From NCBI GenBank assembly GCA_040878325.1, contig JBBDMM010000014.1:1-56747 (forward strand): a stretch of DNA of 56,747 nt. Direction: 5' to 3'. Below the pieces are notes generated by a model. That model had not been told where the DNA came from. It saw nothing but the letters and a program-made list of their open reading frames with translations, and searched no databases. Both the position numbers and the translations under genes were made by a program. The DNA comes from Acidimicrobiia bacterium. GTDB taxonomy: Bacteria; Actinomycetota; Acidimicrobiia; Spongiisociales; UBA11373. Positions 17,527 to 26,420 of the stretch are shown one piece after another (position 1 is the first letter of the stretch; each line of letters begins with the position of its first letter).

Positions 17527-18690
17527 TCAGCCGAGATCGACCTTCTTGTCCATGCCGAGGATGGAGAGAAAGAAGCTGGCGAGCACGGCCCACCATCCAA
17601 GGACCAGGCCGAGCGAAGCGGGAATCACGATTCGCAGCTGCTCGCCCGGGTCGAGGTCACCCCAGCCCTGCTCACGCCAGCGCCAGAAGGACAACACCGC
17701 GGCGATCAGCCCCGCCAGGAACACCAGGAATCCCAGCAACAAGCCCCGTTCGAGCCGGAACCGCGCCCCCAAGCGATCGATGCGGTCGTCCGCGGGGAGA
17801 AACCCCTTCGAGACCGCGTAGATCTTGGTGAAGAGGGCGAACGTGATCGACTGTGTCCCGATGATGGTCAACGCGGCGGCATACACCAGGGCACTCAGGT
17901 CGAGGGTCACCCCGCCCAGTTCCACCGGACCCACCACCAGCACGGTGGTGAGGATCAGGCCGACCGCGAGCATCACCAACCCGGGTACCAGGAACAGCCA
18001 CCGCGGGCTGTAGAGGAGCAGGAAGCGCAGATGGCGCCACCCGTCCGACCAGGTCCTCAGGTGGGGGGGCCGAGTTCGTCCCGCGGGCCGCAACACCGTC
18101 GGCACCTCGCGGATGTCGAAGTGGTTGAGCCCGGCCCGCACGACCATCTCACTGGCGAACTCCATTCCACTGCTGCGAAGGTCGAGATCGAGGATGCGAT
18201 CGCGTCGGAAACCGCGCAGCCCGCAGTGGAAGTCGGCGACCGGGACCCGGAAGAACAGTCGACCCACGAACGAGAGCACCGGATTGCCGACGTAACGATG
18301 CAGGAACGGCATCGCCCCTTTCTCGATCCCGCCCCGAAAACGGTTGCCGATCACCAGATCGGCTCTGCCACGCAACTCGGCCAGAAACGGTTCGAGGGCG
18401 GTGAAGTCGTAACTGTCGTCGGCGTCGCCCATGATCACGAAACGGCCTCGGGCCGCGGCGATCCCCGTCCGAAGTGCCGCCCCATAACCCTTGGCGGGCA
18501 CATCGATCACCCTGGCGCCCGCCGCGGCCGCCAGGGCCTGGGAGCCGTCGGTGGAACCGTTGTCGGCGACGAGCACCTCACCCTCGACGCCGTGGCGCTC
18601 CATCCATCCGATCGCCTTCGTCACACAGACGCCAACCGTCTCCGCCTCATCCAGACACGGCATCAGCACCGTGAGTTCGAGGGCGCTCAT
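17527..18690 (-). CDS. GT2 polyprenol-phosphate glycosyltransferase (DPM-synthase-like) with C-terminal TMs
   Basis: LMPCLDE, DNGSTDGS, GDADDSY, DFHCGLRGF, GMEFASEM; four C-terminal TMs; ATGA overlap with the upstream gene. Confidence 0.9.
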   Translation of the reverse strand: MSALELTVLMPCLDEAETVGVCVTKAIGWMERHGVEGEVLVADNGSTDGSQALAAAAGARVIDVPAKGYGAALRTGIAAARGRFVIMGDADDSYDFTALEPFLAELRGRADLVIGNRFRGGIEKGAMPFLHRYVGNPVLSFVGRLFFRVPVADFHCGLRGFRRDRILDLDLRSSGMEFASEMVVRAGLNHFDIREVPTVLRPAGRTRPPHLRTWSDGWRHLRFLLLYSPRWLFLVPGLVMLAVGLILTTVLVVGPVELGGVTLDLSALVYAAALTIIGTQSITFALFTKIYAVSKGFLPADDRIDRLGARFRLERGLLLGFLVFLAGLIAAVLSFWRWREQGWGDLDPGEQLRIVIPASLGLVLGWWAVLASFFLSILGMDKKVDLG

Positions 18691-20249
18691 GGCACTCGCC
18701 ACAGCACGAACCGATCGTTCTCCCACTCGAGGGTCAATCCGAGATCGGCTGCTTCCGCGTCGGTGAGCAGCACCTGGACATAGGTCGAGTTCTTCACCAT
18801 CACGAACCAATCTGCCCGGGCGAGGAGGTGGGCGTTATTCGTCAGCTGCAGCGACTGCCGATCGGAATACAGGTTCATCGATCGGGCGCGAAAGAATGAC
18901 ACCACCTCATCGTGGCGCGTGCGCGACCTCACCTCATCGAACATCTCCACCGACGATGGGTGCTCCGGGCCCCAGTAGGGGTAGTCGTAGGCGAGCCGGT
19001 ACTGCGTCTTGTTGTAGAGGCCGGAGGCGTTGCCGACCACGAATATCATCATGAACACCGCAGCCACCGTCCCCGGCAGCATGCGCGTCCGCTTCGACCA
19101 CGACCCGGCTCTGGAGCCGGCCGCATCGATGGGGGTCGAGGCAATCCCCTGGTAGGCGAAGTAGACCAATAGGGGCGTGATCGAGAAGAGGTAGCGCCCC
19201 TCGTGGAAGGGAAGCGTCGAGATGATGAAGGCGACCGCAAGCAGGTAGAGGATCAGCGGGGCATCCTCCCGGTAATGGTTGAGCAACCGAACCAGGATGC
19301 CGAGGACGGCAAGCATCAGGAAGACGGTGAACGCCACGAGGGCGAGGTCATGGCTCCCGAGGAGGCTCCACCCGGGAACACCCTGGTCCTTGAGACCGAT
19401 GTGCTCGCCGAGGATGTCCCTGAACCAGATCAGATTGTGTCTGATCTGGTTCAGCCCCCCACCTTCGTACTTCGGCCACACCACGGTCGGCAGGACCAAC
19501 TGCAGGAAGACGAGGAAGCCGGCCGCGGTCACATACGGGGTCGCCAGCCGCCGCCGCGGCGCCGGCCCCCCGTCACGGGCGGACCGCCCTTGCCACAGCA
19601 GTCCCCCGTGAACGGCGGCAAGCGAAAGGAACAGGGCCACCCCCTCGCGGCGGATGCTGAAGGTGAACGCGAGCAACAGCCCCATCCCGATCAACGGCCG
19701 GGCCGGGCCAGCCAGCCAGAGCCCGCGCAAGCGCAATCGGTCCATCCACCAGAGCGACAGGCCCACGAAGAACAGGTACGGGAAGTCGGCCAGCACGCTG
19801 TCGGTCGCGCCCACGTAGATGACGCTGAAACCGATCAGGCTCACCATCACCAGACCGCCGACCTCGCCGACTCGCCGGGCAACGATCTGAAAGAACACGA
19901 CCAGGAAGCCGGCAAAGAAGAGGGTCTCGAGGATCTTCAGCTTCGGATAGTCGAGTCCCCACAGTCCGACCACCGGTGAGAGCAACAAAGGAGCGCCCCA
20001 CGGGTAGGAGTACGGGCTGAAGGCGTGGGAAGACGATTCCTGGACGGTGATTCGGGTGGTGGCAAGCACCTCGCCGACGTTGCCCTCGACCAGAGCCTGG
20101 CTCTGGCGGAGGTAGAGGGAGAAGTCGTCGCCCCAGTCGTGGCCGGCCCGTTGATTGACGATGCAGAGCACCCCGATCACGCCGACGAGGATGAGGACCC
20201 GAAAGTTCCGGGTTTTCAGGAAAGCGACGAGCGAAACGCGAATACCCAC
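18687..20249 (-). CDS. GT-C fold (ArnT/PMT-like) membrane glycosyltransferase
   Basis: First-loop WGDDFSLY, YPWGAPLLL, VLADFPY, about 12 TMs; coupled to a GT2 gene. Confidence 0.75.
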   Translation of the reverse strand: MGIRVSLVAFLKTRNFRVLILVGVIGVLCIVNQRAGHDWGDDFSLYLRQSQALVEGNVGEVLATTRITVQESSSHAFSPYSYPWGAPLLLSPVVGLWGLDYPKLKILETLFFAGFLVVFFQIVARRVGEVGGLVMVSLIGFSVIYVGATDSVLADFPYLFFVGLSLWWMDRLRLRGLWLAGPARPLIGMGLLLAFTFSIRREGVALFLSLAAVHGGLLWQGRSARDGGPAPRRRLATPYVTAAGFLVFLQLVLPTVVWPKYEGGGLNQIRHNLIWFRDILGEHIGLKDQGVPGWSLLGSHDLALVAFTVFLMLAVLGILVRLLNHYREDAPLILYLLAVAFIISTLPFHEGRYLFSITPLLVYFAYQGIASTPIDAAGSRAGSWSKRTRMLPGTVAAVFMMIFVVGNASGLYNKTQYRLAYDYPYWGPEHPSSVEMFDEVRSRTRHDEVVSFFRARSMNLYSDRQSLQLTNNAHLLARADWFVMVKNSTYVQVLLTDAEAADLGLTLEWENDRFVLWRVP

Positions 20250-20386
20250 GCCGTGAGATTATCGGGCACAGGCCAACAGCCAACAGCCACCCAACGCCCA
20301 TGCCCATCGCCAATCGCAAATCCTCTTCCCAATCAGCAGGCCTTACCGTTCCGGGACGGGCTTGTCGCCCGATGGCACTCATCGGA

Positions 20387-21100
20387 CTACCTGGTTCCGA
20401 TGAGAAGACCGCGTTCGAGGTGAGTGCCGACGGGGTCGAACTGGGCCTTCAGCCCGGCCCTCCCGGCAGCCTCCACAAGTCGCTCCGGCGGGTGGACCCC
20501 CATCAGATGGCGTTCCGTGAAGGTCTCCGACCCTTGGGGTGTGGTCACGAGATAAGTGAACTCCATATCGCTACAGCCGGCATCGGGGTCGTACTGCATC
20601 CGGGAGGTTCGGGCCATCGCCCACTCGTCGGCCTCCACGGTGAGGACCCGGATCCAGGGCGGGTGGATGTTGTCGGGCATCAGCCACGGCTCCACCACCA
20701 GCACTCCCCCGGGGGCCAGGTGCCGGGCCATGGCGGCGATGGCGGCATCGAGTCGGTCCCCGGTGTCGGCGTAGCCGATCGACGAGAACAGGCAGGTCAC
20801 CGCGTCGAAGGTCCTCCCCAAATCGAAGTCGGTGAAGTCGCCGACATGCAACGGCACTTCGGGTACCCGCGTCCGGGCGATCTCGATCATCGCCGGGTCG
20901 ACATCCACGCCTTCCACCCGGAAACGGTCCTGCCAGATCTCCAGGTGCTTCCCCGTGCCGCAAGCCACATCGAGCAGCGACCCGGCCCCGGGGTTGCGCT
21001 CCCGGATGATCCGTTCCACCACCGCGGCATGTCCCGGATAGTCGAGGTGCGCATAAGCCCGGTCGTAGAGGTGGGCGGTCGGATGAAAGGGGCCAGACAT
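20387..21100 (-). CDS. Class I SAM methyltransferase resembling dTDP-aminosugar N-methyltransferases (TylM1/DesVI-like)
   Basis: SLLDVACGTGKHL, FDAVTCLFSSIGY, HLAPGGVLVVEPW, C-terminal RGLLIG. Confidence 0.8.
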   Translation of the reverse strand: MSGPFHPTAHLYDRAYAHLDYPGHAAVVERIIRERNPGAGSLLDVACGTGKHLEIWQDRFRVEGVDVDPAMIEIARTRVPEVPLHVGDFTDFDLGRTFDAVTCLFSSIGYADTGDRLDAAIAAMARHLAPGGVLVVEPWLMPDNIHPPWIRVLTVEADEWAMARTSRMQYDPDAGCSDMEFTYLVTTPQGSETFTERHLMGVHPPERLVEAAGRAGLKAQFDPVGTHLERGLLIGTR

Positions 21101-21116
21101 GAAGAGACGCTACCAA

Positions 21117-21235
21117 GAGAGTCAAGATTCAAGAATCAAGAACCAAGGACCAAGAAGCAAGAACGCGTCGGGGGGTACCCGACGCGTTCTGTCGAATTGC
21201 GAATTGCGAATTGCGGGGCCGAGCGAAGCGAGGCC
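21117..21235. repeat. Composite intergenic element: six (T/C/G)CAAG(A/G)(A/T) heptamers, a 13-bp hairpin, (CGAATTG)x3, GGGCCGAGCGAAGCGAGGCC
   Basis: Heptamers at 21122-21163, AGAACGCGTCGGG/CCCGACGCGTTCT at 21160-21190, heptamers at 21193-21213. The 20-mer 21216-21235 is identical to 32399-32418. Confidence 0.8.
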
Positions 21236-21296
21236 AATCGCTGGCCGCATCGATTCTGCTGTCTAGCCTCTGCCGGATTCGCCGACGGAGGCCACG

Positions 21297-22037
21297 ATGC
21301 CCGTACCGAGGGACAAGGTCACTGTGGTCATCCCGACTTACGACGAACGTGAGTCGATCGAGAGCGTCGCCCGGGGTGTGAGAGCCCACGGGTACCGCCT
21401 TCTCGTGGTGGACGACGATTCGCCCGACGGCACCGGCGAGATCGCCGACCGACTCAGCGAGCGCGACGGGCTCATATCGGTCCTCCACCGTCCCACCAAG
21501 CAGGGTCTCGGTCGCGCGTATGCCGCCGGATTCGAAGCGGCCCTGCGGGGAGACCCCGAGATCGTGTGTCAGATGGACGCCGACCTGTCGCACGACCCCG
21601 AACGCCTACCGGCATTGGTCGCCGCGGTCGAGGCCGGCGCAGACCTCGCCGTGGGCAGCCGTCTCATTCCGGGCGGTGCGATCGTCGACTGGCCGGCGGG
21701 CCGGCGCCTCTTGTCGCGGTGGGGGAACCGCTACGCCCGGGTGGCACTCGGCGTCCCGGTACGCGATCTGACCAGCGGCTTCCGCGCCTTCAGGTCCCAC
21801 TCGCTCCAACGACTCGAAAGCGAGTCTTGCCGGGCGAACGGGTATGCATTCCAGATCGAAACCGTATGGCGGGCCCATCATGCAGGCATGCACATCGTCG
21901 AGGTCCCCATCACGTTCAGCGAACGCACCGCAGGAAAGTCAAAACTCGGCGGGGACGTCGTGTTCGAGGCGATGTGGCTGGTGACCCTGTGGGGTTTCTG
22001 CCGGGCGATGCGAAGGCCGCCGCCGGCACGCCGATGA
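21297..22037 (+). CDS. Polyprenol monophosphomannose synthase (Ppm1-like GT2)
   Basis: VIPTYDE, DDDSPDGTG, GLGRAYAAGF, QMDADLSHDP, DLTSGFRAF, GYAFQIE, EVPITFSER. Confidence 0.9.
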   Translation: MPVPRDKVTVVIPTYDERESIESVARGVRAHGYRLLVVDDDSPDGTGEIADRLSERDGLISVLHRPTKQGLGRAYAAGFEAALRGDPEIVCQMDADLSHDPERLPALVAAVEAGADLAVGSRLIPGGAIVDWPAGRRLLSRWGNRYARVALGVPVRDLTSGFRAFRSHSLQRLESESCRANGYAFQIETVWRAHHAGMHIVEVPITFSERTAGKSKLGGDVVFEAMWLVTLWGFCRAMRRPPPARR

Positions 22038-24178
22038 GAGAGCCGGTGGATTCCACGACCGGCGCTGAGGCAGCGGTGAAGCCGAAGGCCCGTTCGACGC
22101 GCCGCTCCCGCTGGATCCGGGGAGCGGTGCTCGCGCTGATCGTCACCGGCGTAGTCATCGCCACCATCGCCAACGAGAGCCGAGTCTCGAACGTCGATCC
22201 GACATATGTGCGGGTAATGGTCGAGCGGACCCATGCCTATGGCGGAACCTTCTACGACAACCTCATCTACAACAAGGGGCCGCTCGAGCCACTGCTTCAC
22301 CAAATAGCAAGCCTCGTCACCTCGTACGACACCTACTGGCTGGGGATCGCCGCAATCCAGGGGCTGCTCACGCTGGTCATCGCACTGGCCGCGGCGCGGA
22401 CCACGCGCTTTTCCGGGGCGACGGTTCTGGGTGCCCTGGCCGTGGGGACCGTTGCCTTCATCCACTTCGCCTTCTCGAAGTCCGACTACGCCGGGGCCGT
22501 CTACGTGCGGTACCTCATGGTGGCATTGCTCGCGGTGGGGTGGGTCGTCCTGATCTCCGAGCGCGCATGGCTCACCGAGAAACGTCGCCTCATCGCAACC
22601 GCGGCAGTCTCGGTGACGGTGGCAGTGGCGGTCCAGACCCTGCTCACCACGGCGCTCGCCGCAATGGTGCTGCTGGCCGCAACCCACCTCCTGCTGCGTG
22701 AAAGAGCCCCATCGGGGGAGCAGATCAAACTCGTCGGTGTCTCCCTCATCTGCCTGCCCCTGGCCTTTCTCACCGCTCCCATCTGGTACTGGGCCCGAGG
22801 CGCCTTCGATGCGTTCTGGGCGGGATGGTGGGTACACGCAGGCTTCAGTGCGTCGGGCCTCGAGCGAACTTTCGGGGAGCAGCTGACGCTGGGCTGGAAG
22901 CAGCTGCGAACCCACCACCTCGAAAACCCCCTGGTCCTCGTCGTGGTGGTGCTCTTCGGGATCTTGGTCGCCGTCAGATGGCGCTCGTGGAACCGGCGCC
23001 AACGGATCGTCCATGGCACGGCCATCGCCTGGTGGGTGGCCGGCTGGGCCGAGCTCGTCGTGTCACAGCGATACTCCACCCACTACTTTTCGGTGGTGGC
23101 GGTCCCGGTCGTGATCATGGCCGCCCTGCTGATAGGTGCGGCGGCGGCAGCCTCCAGCTCTCGGGCGCCGCGAGTGGCAGCCGCGGCCACAGTGGTCGCA
23201 TTGGCGGTCGCAGGGCATCTTGTTGCCCCCGGGGCGGTGTGGTCGGCGCTCAAGGAGGTCCGAGACTTCAGAGGAGTCAGCACGGTGGCCGAGCAGCGCG
23301 CGGCCCGGTTGGGCCCCCAAAACCGCACCATGCGAGCCATACTCGACCTCGTGTCCGCCGAGGGCGACCCGCTGCTCGCCTGGCAACACGATCCGACGCA
23401 ATTCATGCTGATGGAGCGGGTGTCGGCGACACGGTTCGGCTATGTCCGGCCGCTCGTCGGCGAAATCTACCTCGGAGCCACGAGCCCCGATTACGTGCTT
23501 CCACAGACCTGGCCGTGGTTCTTCGAGGACATCAACGAGAGCGACCCGACGACGCTGATCGAAGTGGGCTCGGCGATACCGTCCGAGACCCCCTTTGCGT
23601 CCTATGCCGGCGACAACTTCACCCCCGTCTACATGAGAGAAAAAGTCATCGTGTCGTTTCGCAACGACGTGGCACGAGACTTCATCGGGCCGAGCGCGCA
23701 CACCCGCTGGGAACCACAGCCTTCACGACCGGGAAGCGGATGGTCCATGGAGGGCGAGGTGCTTGTCTACACACCGGCGTCGGAGCCCGCACAGACCGAC
23801 CTTCACCCGATTGCTTCCTCGTGTTCGCGGATCGAGGGCACCGTCTCATGGACCGCCGGCCGGAGCCAGGGCATCAGCATCTATTTCCACGATGCGACCG
23901 GTGGCTCCGAGCCGCTGCACTTCACCATCCTGAGAACGGAAGTCTTCTCGGCGTCGGAGCGAAGCCTCTACGAGACACACACGCTGATCGACGACGGCCC
24001 CAAGGGGTTCGCCATCGTCGTGGGCCGGCAATCGGCCGCGCTGATCATGGAGGGACGCGTCGTGGCCGCAGTCCGCTTGTCGCCCTCCGTGACGGTCACG
24101 ATCCAACCACGCGCCGATCGGGTGGAGCTATCAGACATGCGCATCGGATCCCCACCCGAGGGAGGCGGATGTCCGTAG
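22034..24178 (+). CDS. GT-C-like multi-pass membrane protein with a C-terminal extracytoplasmic domain
   Basis: VDPTYV...YDNLIYNKGPL first loop, many TMs, RYSTHYF; ATGA overlap with the Ppm1-like gene. Confidence 0.65.
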   Translation: MREPVDSTTGAEAAVKPKARSTRRSRWIRGAVLALIVTGVVIATIANESRVSNVDPTYVRVMVERTHAYGGTFYDNLIYNKGPLEPLLHQIASLVTSYDTYWLGIAAIQGLLTLVIALAAARTTRFSGATVLGALAVGTVAFIHFAFSKSDYAGAVYVRYLMVALLAVGWVVLISERAWLTEKRRLIATAAVSVTVAVAVQTLLTTALAAMVLLAATHLLLRERAPSGEQIKLVGVSLICLPLAFLTAPIWYWARGAFDAFWAGWWVHAGFSASGLERTFGEQLTLGWKQLRTHHLENPLVLVVVVLFGILVAVRWRSWNRRQRIVHGTAIAWWVAGWAELVVSQRYSTHYFSVVAVPVVIMAALLIGAAAAASSSRAPRVAAAATVVALAVAGHLVAPGAVWSALKEVRDFRGVSTVAEQRAARLGPQNRTMRAILDLVSAEGDPLLAWQHDPTQFMLMERVSATRFGYVRPLVGEIYLGATSPDYVLPQTWPWFFEDINESDPTTLIEVGSAIPSETPFASYAGDNFTPVYMREKVIVSFRNDVARDFIGPSAHTRWEPQPSRPGSGWSMEGEVLVYTPASEPAQTDLHPIASSCSRIEGTVSWTAGRSQGISIYFHDATGGSEPLHFTILRTEVFSASERSLYETHTLIDDGPKGFAIVVGRQSAALIMEGRVVAAVRLSPSVTVTIQPRADRVELSDMRIGSPPEGGGCP

Positions 24179-24285
24179 GAGAGTCAAGAATCAAGAGTTA
24201 AGGCGAGGCCTTCCGCCTTCCGCAAGAGAAAGACTCTGTCCTCTGTCGAATTGCGAATTGCGGCGAGCACAGCGAAGCCAACCGC
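24179..24285. repeat. Composite intergenic element made of four different heptamer doublets
   Basis: TCAAGAR x2 (24184-24197), GCCTTCC x2 (24208-24221), CTCTGTC x2 (24234-24247), GAATTGC x2 (24248-24261). It shares GAGAGTCAAGA and TCTGTCGAATTGCGAATTGCG with 21117-21235. Confidence 0.8.
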
Positions 24286-24299
24286 GGATCCGGGCGACC

Positions 24300-25010
24300 T
24301 TATATCCCCAATTCCGCCCTTAGTTCCTCGAGCTTGGCGTCGGCCTGGGTCATCGAGATGGCCTCGCGCAGTTCGACCTCGGCACCTTCGGGGGTCGACT
24401 CGCGCAGCTCGGCATTGGCCATCGCCTCGGACTTGCGCTGCTCGATCTTGTCTTCGACCTTCTCGAGGCTCACGCTGTCGTCGCTGACCGACGACGAGAT
24501 CGAGTCCATGGCCTTGTTGACCGACTCCTGCATCTTTGCCTGCTGGAGCGAGCCGAGCATCTCCATCCGCTTGGCAGCCAACTCCTGCAGCCGCATGGCG
24601 TTCTGCTGGACCGCCTTCTTGGCGTCGTCGGCCTGACCGATCGACGACTCGTACTGGCTCTTGAGCGAACCGAGGTTGTTCTCGGAAGCCTGCAACCGCA
24701 TGGCGAGGCCCTGGGCCGCCCGGGTCCACTTGTCGAACCCGGCCGAGTCGCCCTTCTCGCCCGAGTCCTTCGCTCGCAACAGCGCCTGCTTGGCGAGCTC
24801 ACGCGCCTCGCCGACGTCTTCGGCCGCACGCTCGATCTTGCCCTCGAGCGAGATGCGGTGCGCAACAACCTTGGCGGCCTGGTTGCGCAGTTCCTGGTCG
24901 CGCTTCCTTGCCTCCTGGATCGCCTGCTCGATCTCGATCTCAGGGTCCATCGCCGCTTCGGTCTTCACCCGAAACAGCGTCTTGAGGTAACCCCAGAAAC
25001 GCTTGAACAT
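24300..25010 (-). CDS. pspA: PspA/IM30 (ESCRT-III-like) family protein
   Basis: Amphipathic N-terminus MFKRFWGYLK, DPEIEIEQAI, long coiled coil, LQQAKMQE, C-terminal AKLEELRAELG. Confidence 0.9.
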   Translation of the reverse strand: MFKRFWGYLKTLFRVKTEAAMDPEIEIEQAIQEARKRDQELRNQAAKVVAHRISLEGKIERAAEDVGEARELAKQALLRAKDSGEKGDSAGFDKWTRAAQGLAMRLQASENNLGSLKSQYESSIGQADDAKKAVQQNAMRLQELAAKRMEMLGSLQQAKMQESVNKAMDSISSSVSDDSVSLEKVEDKIEQRKSEAMANAELRESTPEGAEVELREAISMTQADAKLEELRAELGI

Positions 25011-25074
25011 TGAGAATCCTCTCTACTGCCGTGATCGCGATGGAGTCTAGAGATCGCGCGCAGTGGCGAGACCG

Positions 25075-26346
25075 TCAGCGCTTCCGCCGACGGTCCCTTC
25101 CCGCGCGAGACCGCGTGCCCGACGAAGTGGTGGACCGGCGCCGGGTCGGCTGCGGGGTGGGGGTCTGAGAGGTGGACGACGACCGGGCGGCCGTGCGCCG
25201 CGACCCACCCCAGTCGTAAGAGGCGGCCTGCCCGGCTCCACCGGCCAGGATGCTGAACGTGTCCAACCAGCTGAACCCGCCCCCGCCGTGCGACCGGGGC
25301 GCCATCGGGGCAGGCACCCGTCGACCCTCTACGTCGATCATCCGCGGCTGGGGCTGGGTGCCCCGGCGGAGCTTCTCGGCATCCTCGCGGCACACCCGCA
25401 CCGTCTTCTTGCCCGCCGGCGTGGAGATCTCCGCGGTTTCGGTCGCGTTGGAGTGGGTCGGATCGAAGAAGCATTCATAGCGCTGCTCCTTCGCCGGCTT
25501 GTCGGGTGGCTCCTTGCCGGTGGCGATGGCGGCGGCGGCATCCAGCTGCCACCGGGCCTCGCCGAGGCGGTCCGACAGGCTCTCCAGGGCACGCAGATCG
25601 GTCGCGGTCCCGAAGGATTCCTCGGCCTCGGTGTAGGTGGCGCTCGCCTGACGCAGATAGGTGTCGTCCTGAGAGGTTGTGGAGGCAGACACGAGATCGG
25701 TGATCTCGAGGAGGATGTTCGCTATGGCATCGAGCTGAGAGCGGATCTCGGTCCGTGCCTCCTCCACCGCCCGAACATTCGCCGCATGCGACGACTTCTT
25801 GCTCTTGCGGATCGCCAACCACACCAGCAGCACCAATCCGCCGACGATGGCGACCAGAATCAGCAGTCCGGACCCCGAGCCCGATCCGGACACCGGGGCG
25901 GTGGGCGTCTCGGTGCCGGTGATGCTGTCGACCACCCCCGAGACATAGCCCTCGTCGCCACCGCTCTCTGATCCGGCGAAGCCGCGATCGAGCGCAGTCT
26001 CGATCTCGTCCTGGGTCAGCTCGTTGCTGACCATGCCTTCGTCGCTGGCCGACAGCACCAAAATGGTGCCGACCCCGAGCCGGTTGAGCAGGGAGTCGGC
26101 GAAGGTGGTGGCGCCTCCGGCCGGATCGTCCTCGAGCAGCACGACATAGAAGAGGAAGCCGGCGTTGCGGGCTCGGGCGACATCATCCGAAATCTCGGAT
26201 TCGTTGCGATCGAGGCCCGAATCCACATACAAGCCGAACTGCTCCAATTCGACCGCCACCGAATCGGCATCCTGGGCGAGGGCGGGTGCGGCGATCAGCA
26301 ACGCCGAGAACAACAGTGCGGTCGAGACGGAGGCGAGCTTCTTCAC
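25075..26346 (-). CDS. Membrane protein with a signal peptide, TPM-like domain, TM, coiled coil and CFFDPxH motif
   Basis: Signal peptide ending ALAQD, alpha/beta extracellular domain, TM, ECFFDPTH...VRVCREDA, low-complexity tail. TAATCT 7 nt before GTG 26346. Confidence 0.65.
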   Translation of the reverse strand: MKKLASVSTALLFSALLIAAPALAQDADSVAVELEQFGLYVDSGLDRNESEISDDVARARNAGFLFYVVLLEDDPAGGATTFADSLLNRLGVGTILVLSASDEGMVSNELTQDEIETALDRGFAGSESGGDEGYVSGVVDSITGTETPTAPVSGSGSGSGLLILVAIVGGLVLLVWLAIRKSKKSSHAANVRAVEEARTEIRSQLDAIANILLEITDLVSASTTSQDDTYLRQASATYTEAEESFGTATDLRALESLSDRLGEARWQLDAAAAIATGKEPPDKPAKEQRYECFFDPTHSNATETAEISTPAGKKTVRVCREDAEKLRRGTQPQPRMIDVEGRRVPAPMAPRSHGGGGFSWLDTFSILAGGAGQAASYDWGGSRRTAARSSSTSQTPTPQPTRRRSTTSSGTRSRAGRDRRRKR

Positions 26347-26420
26347 GGCCAGGAGATTAGATGGTGCCCCGCCGATCGGGGCCATGCGCGCAGGGCCGCC
26401 ACCGTCACCTGAGTTCGGCA

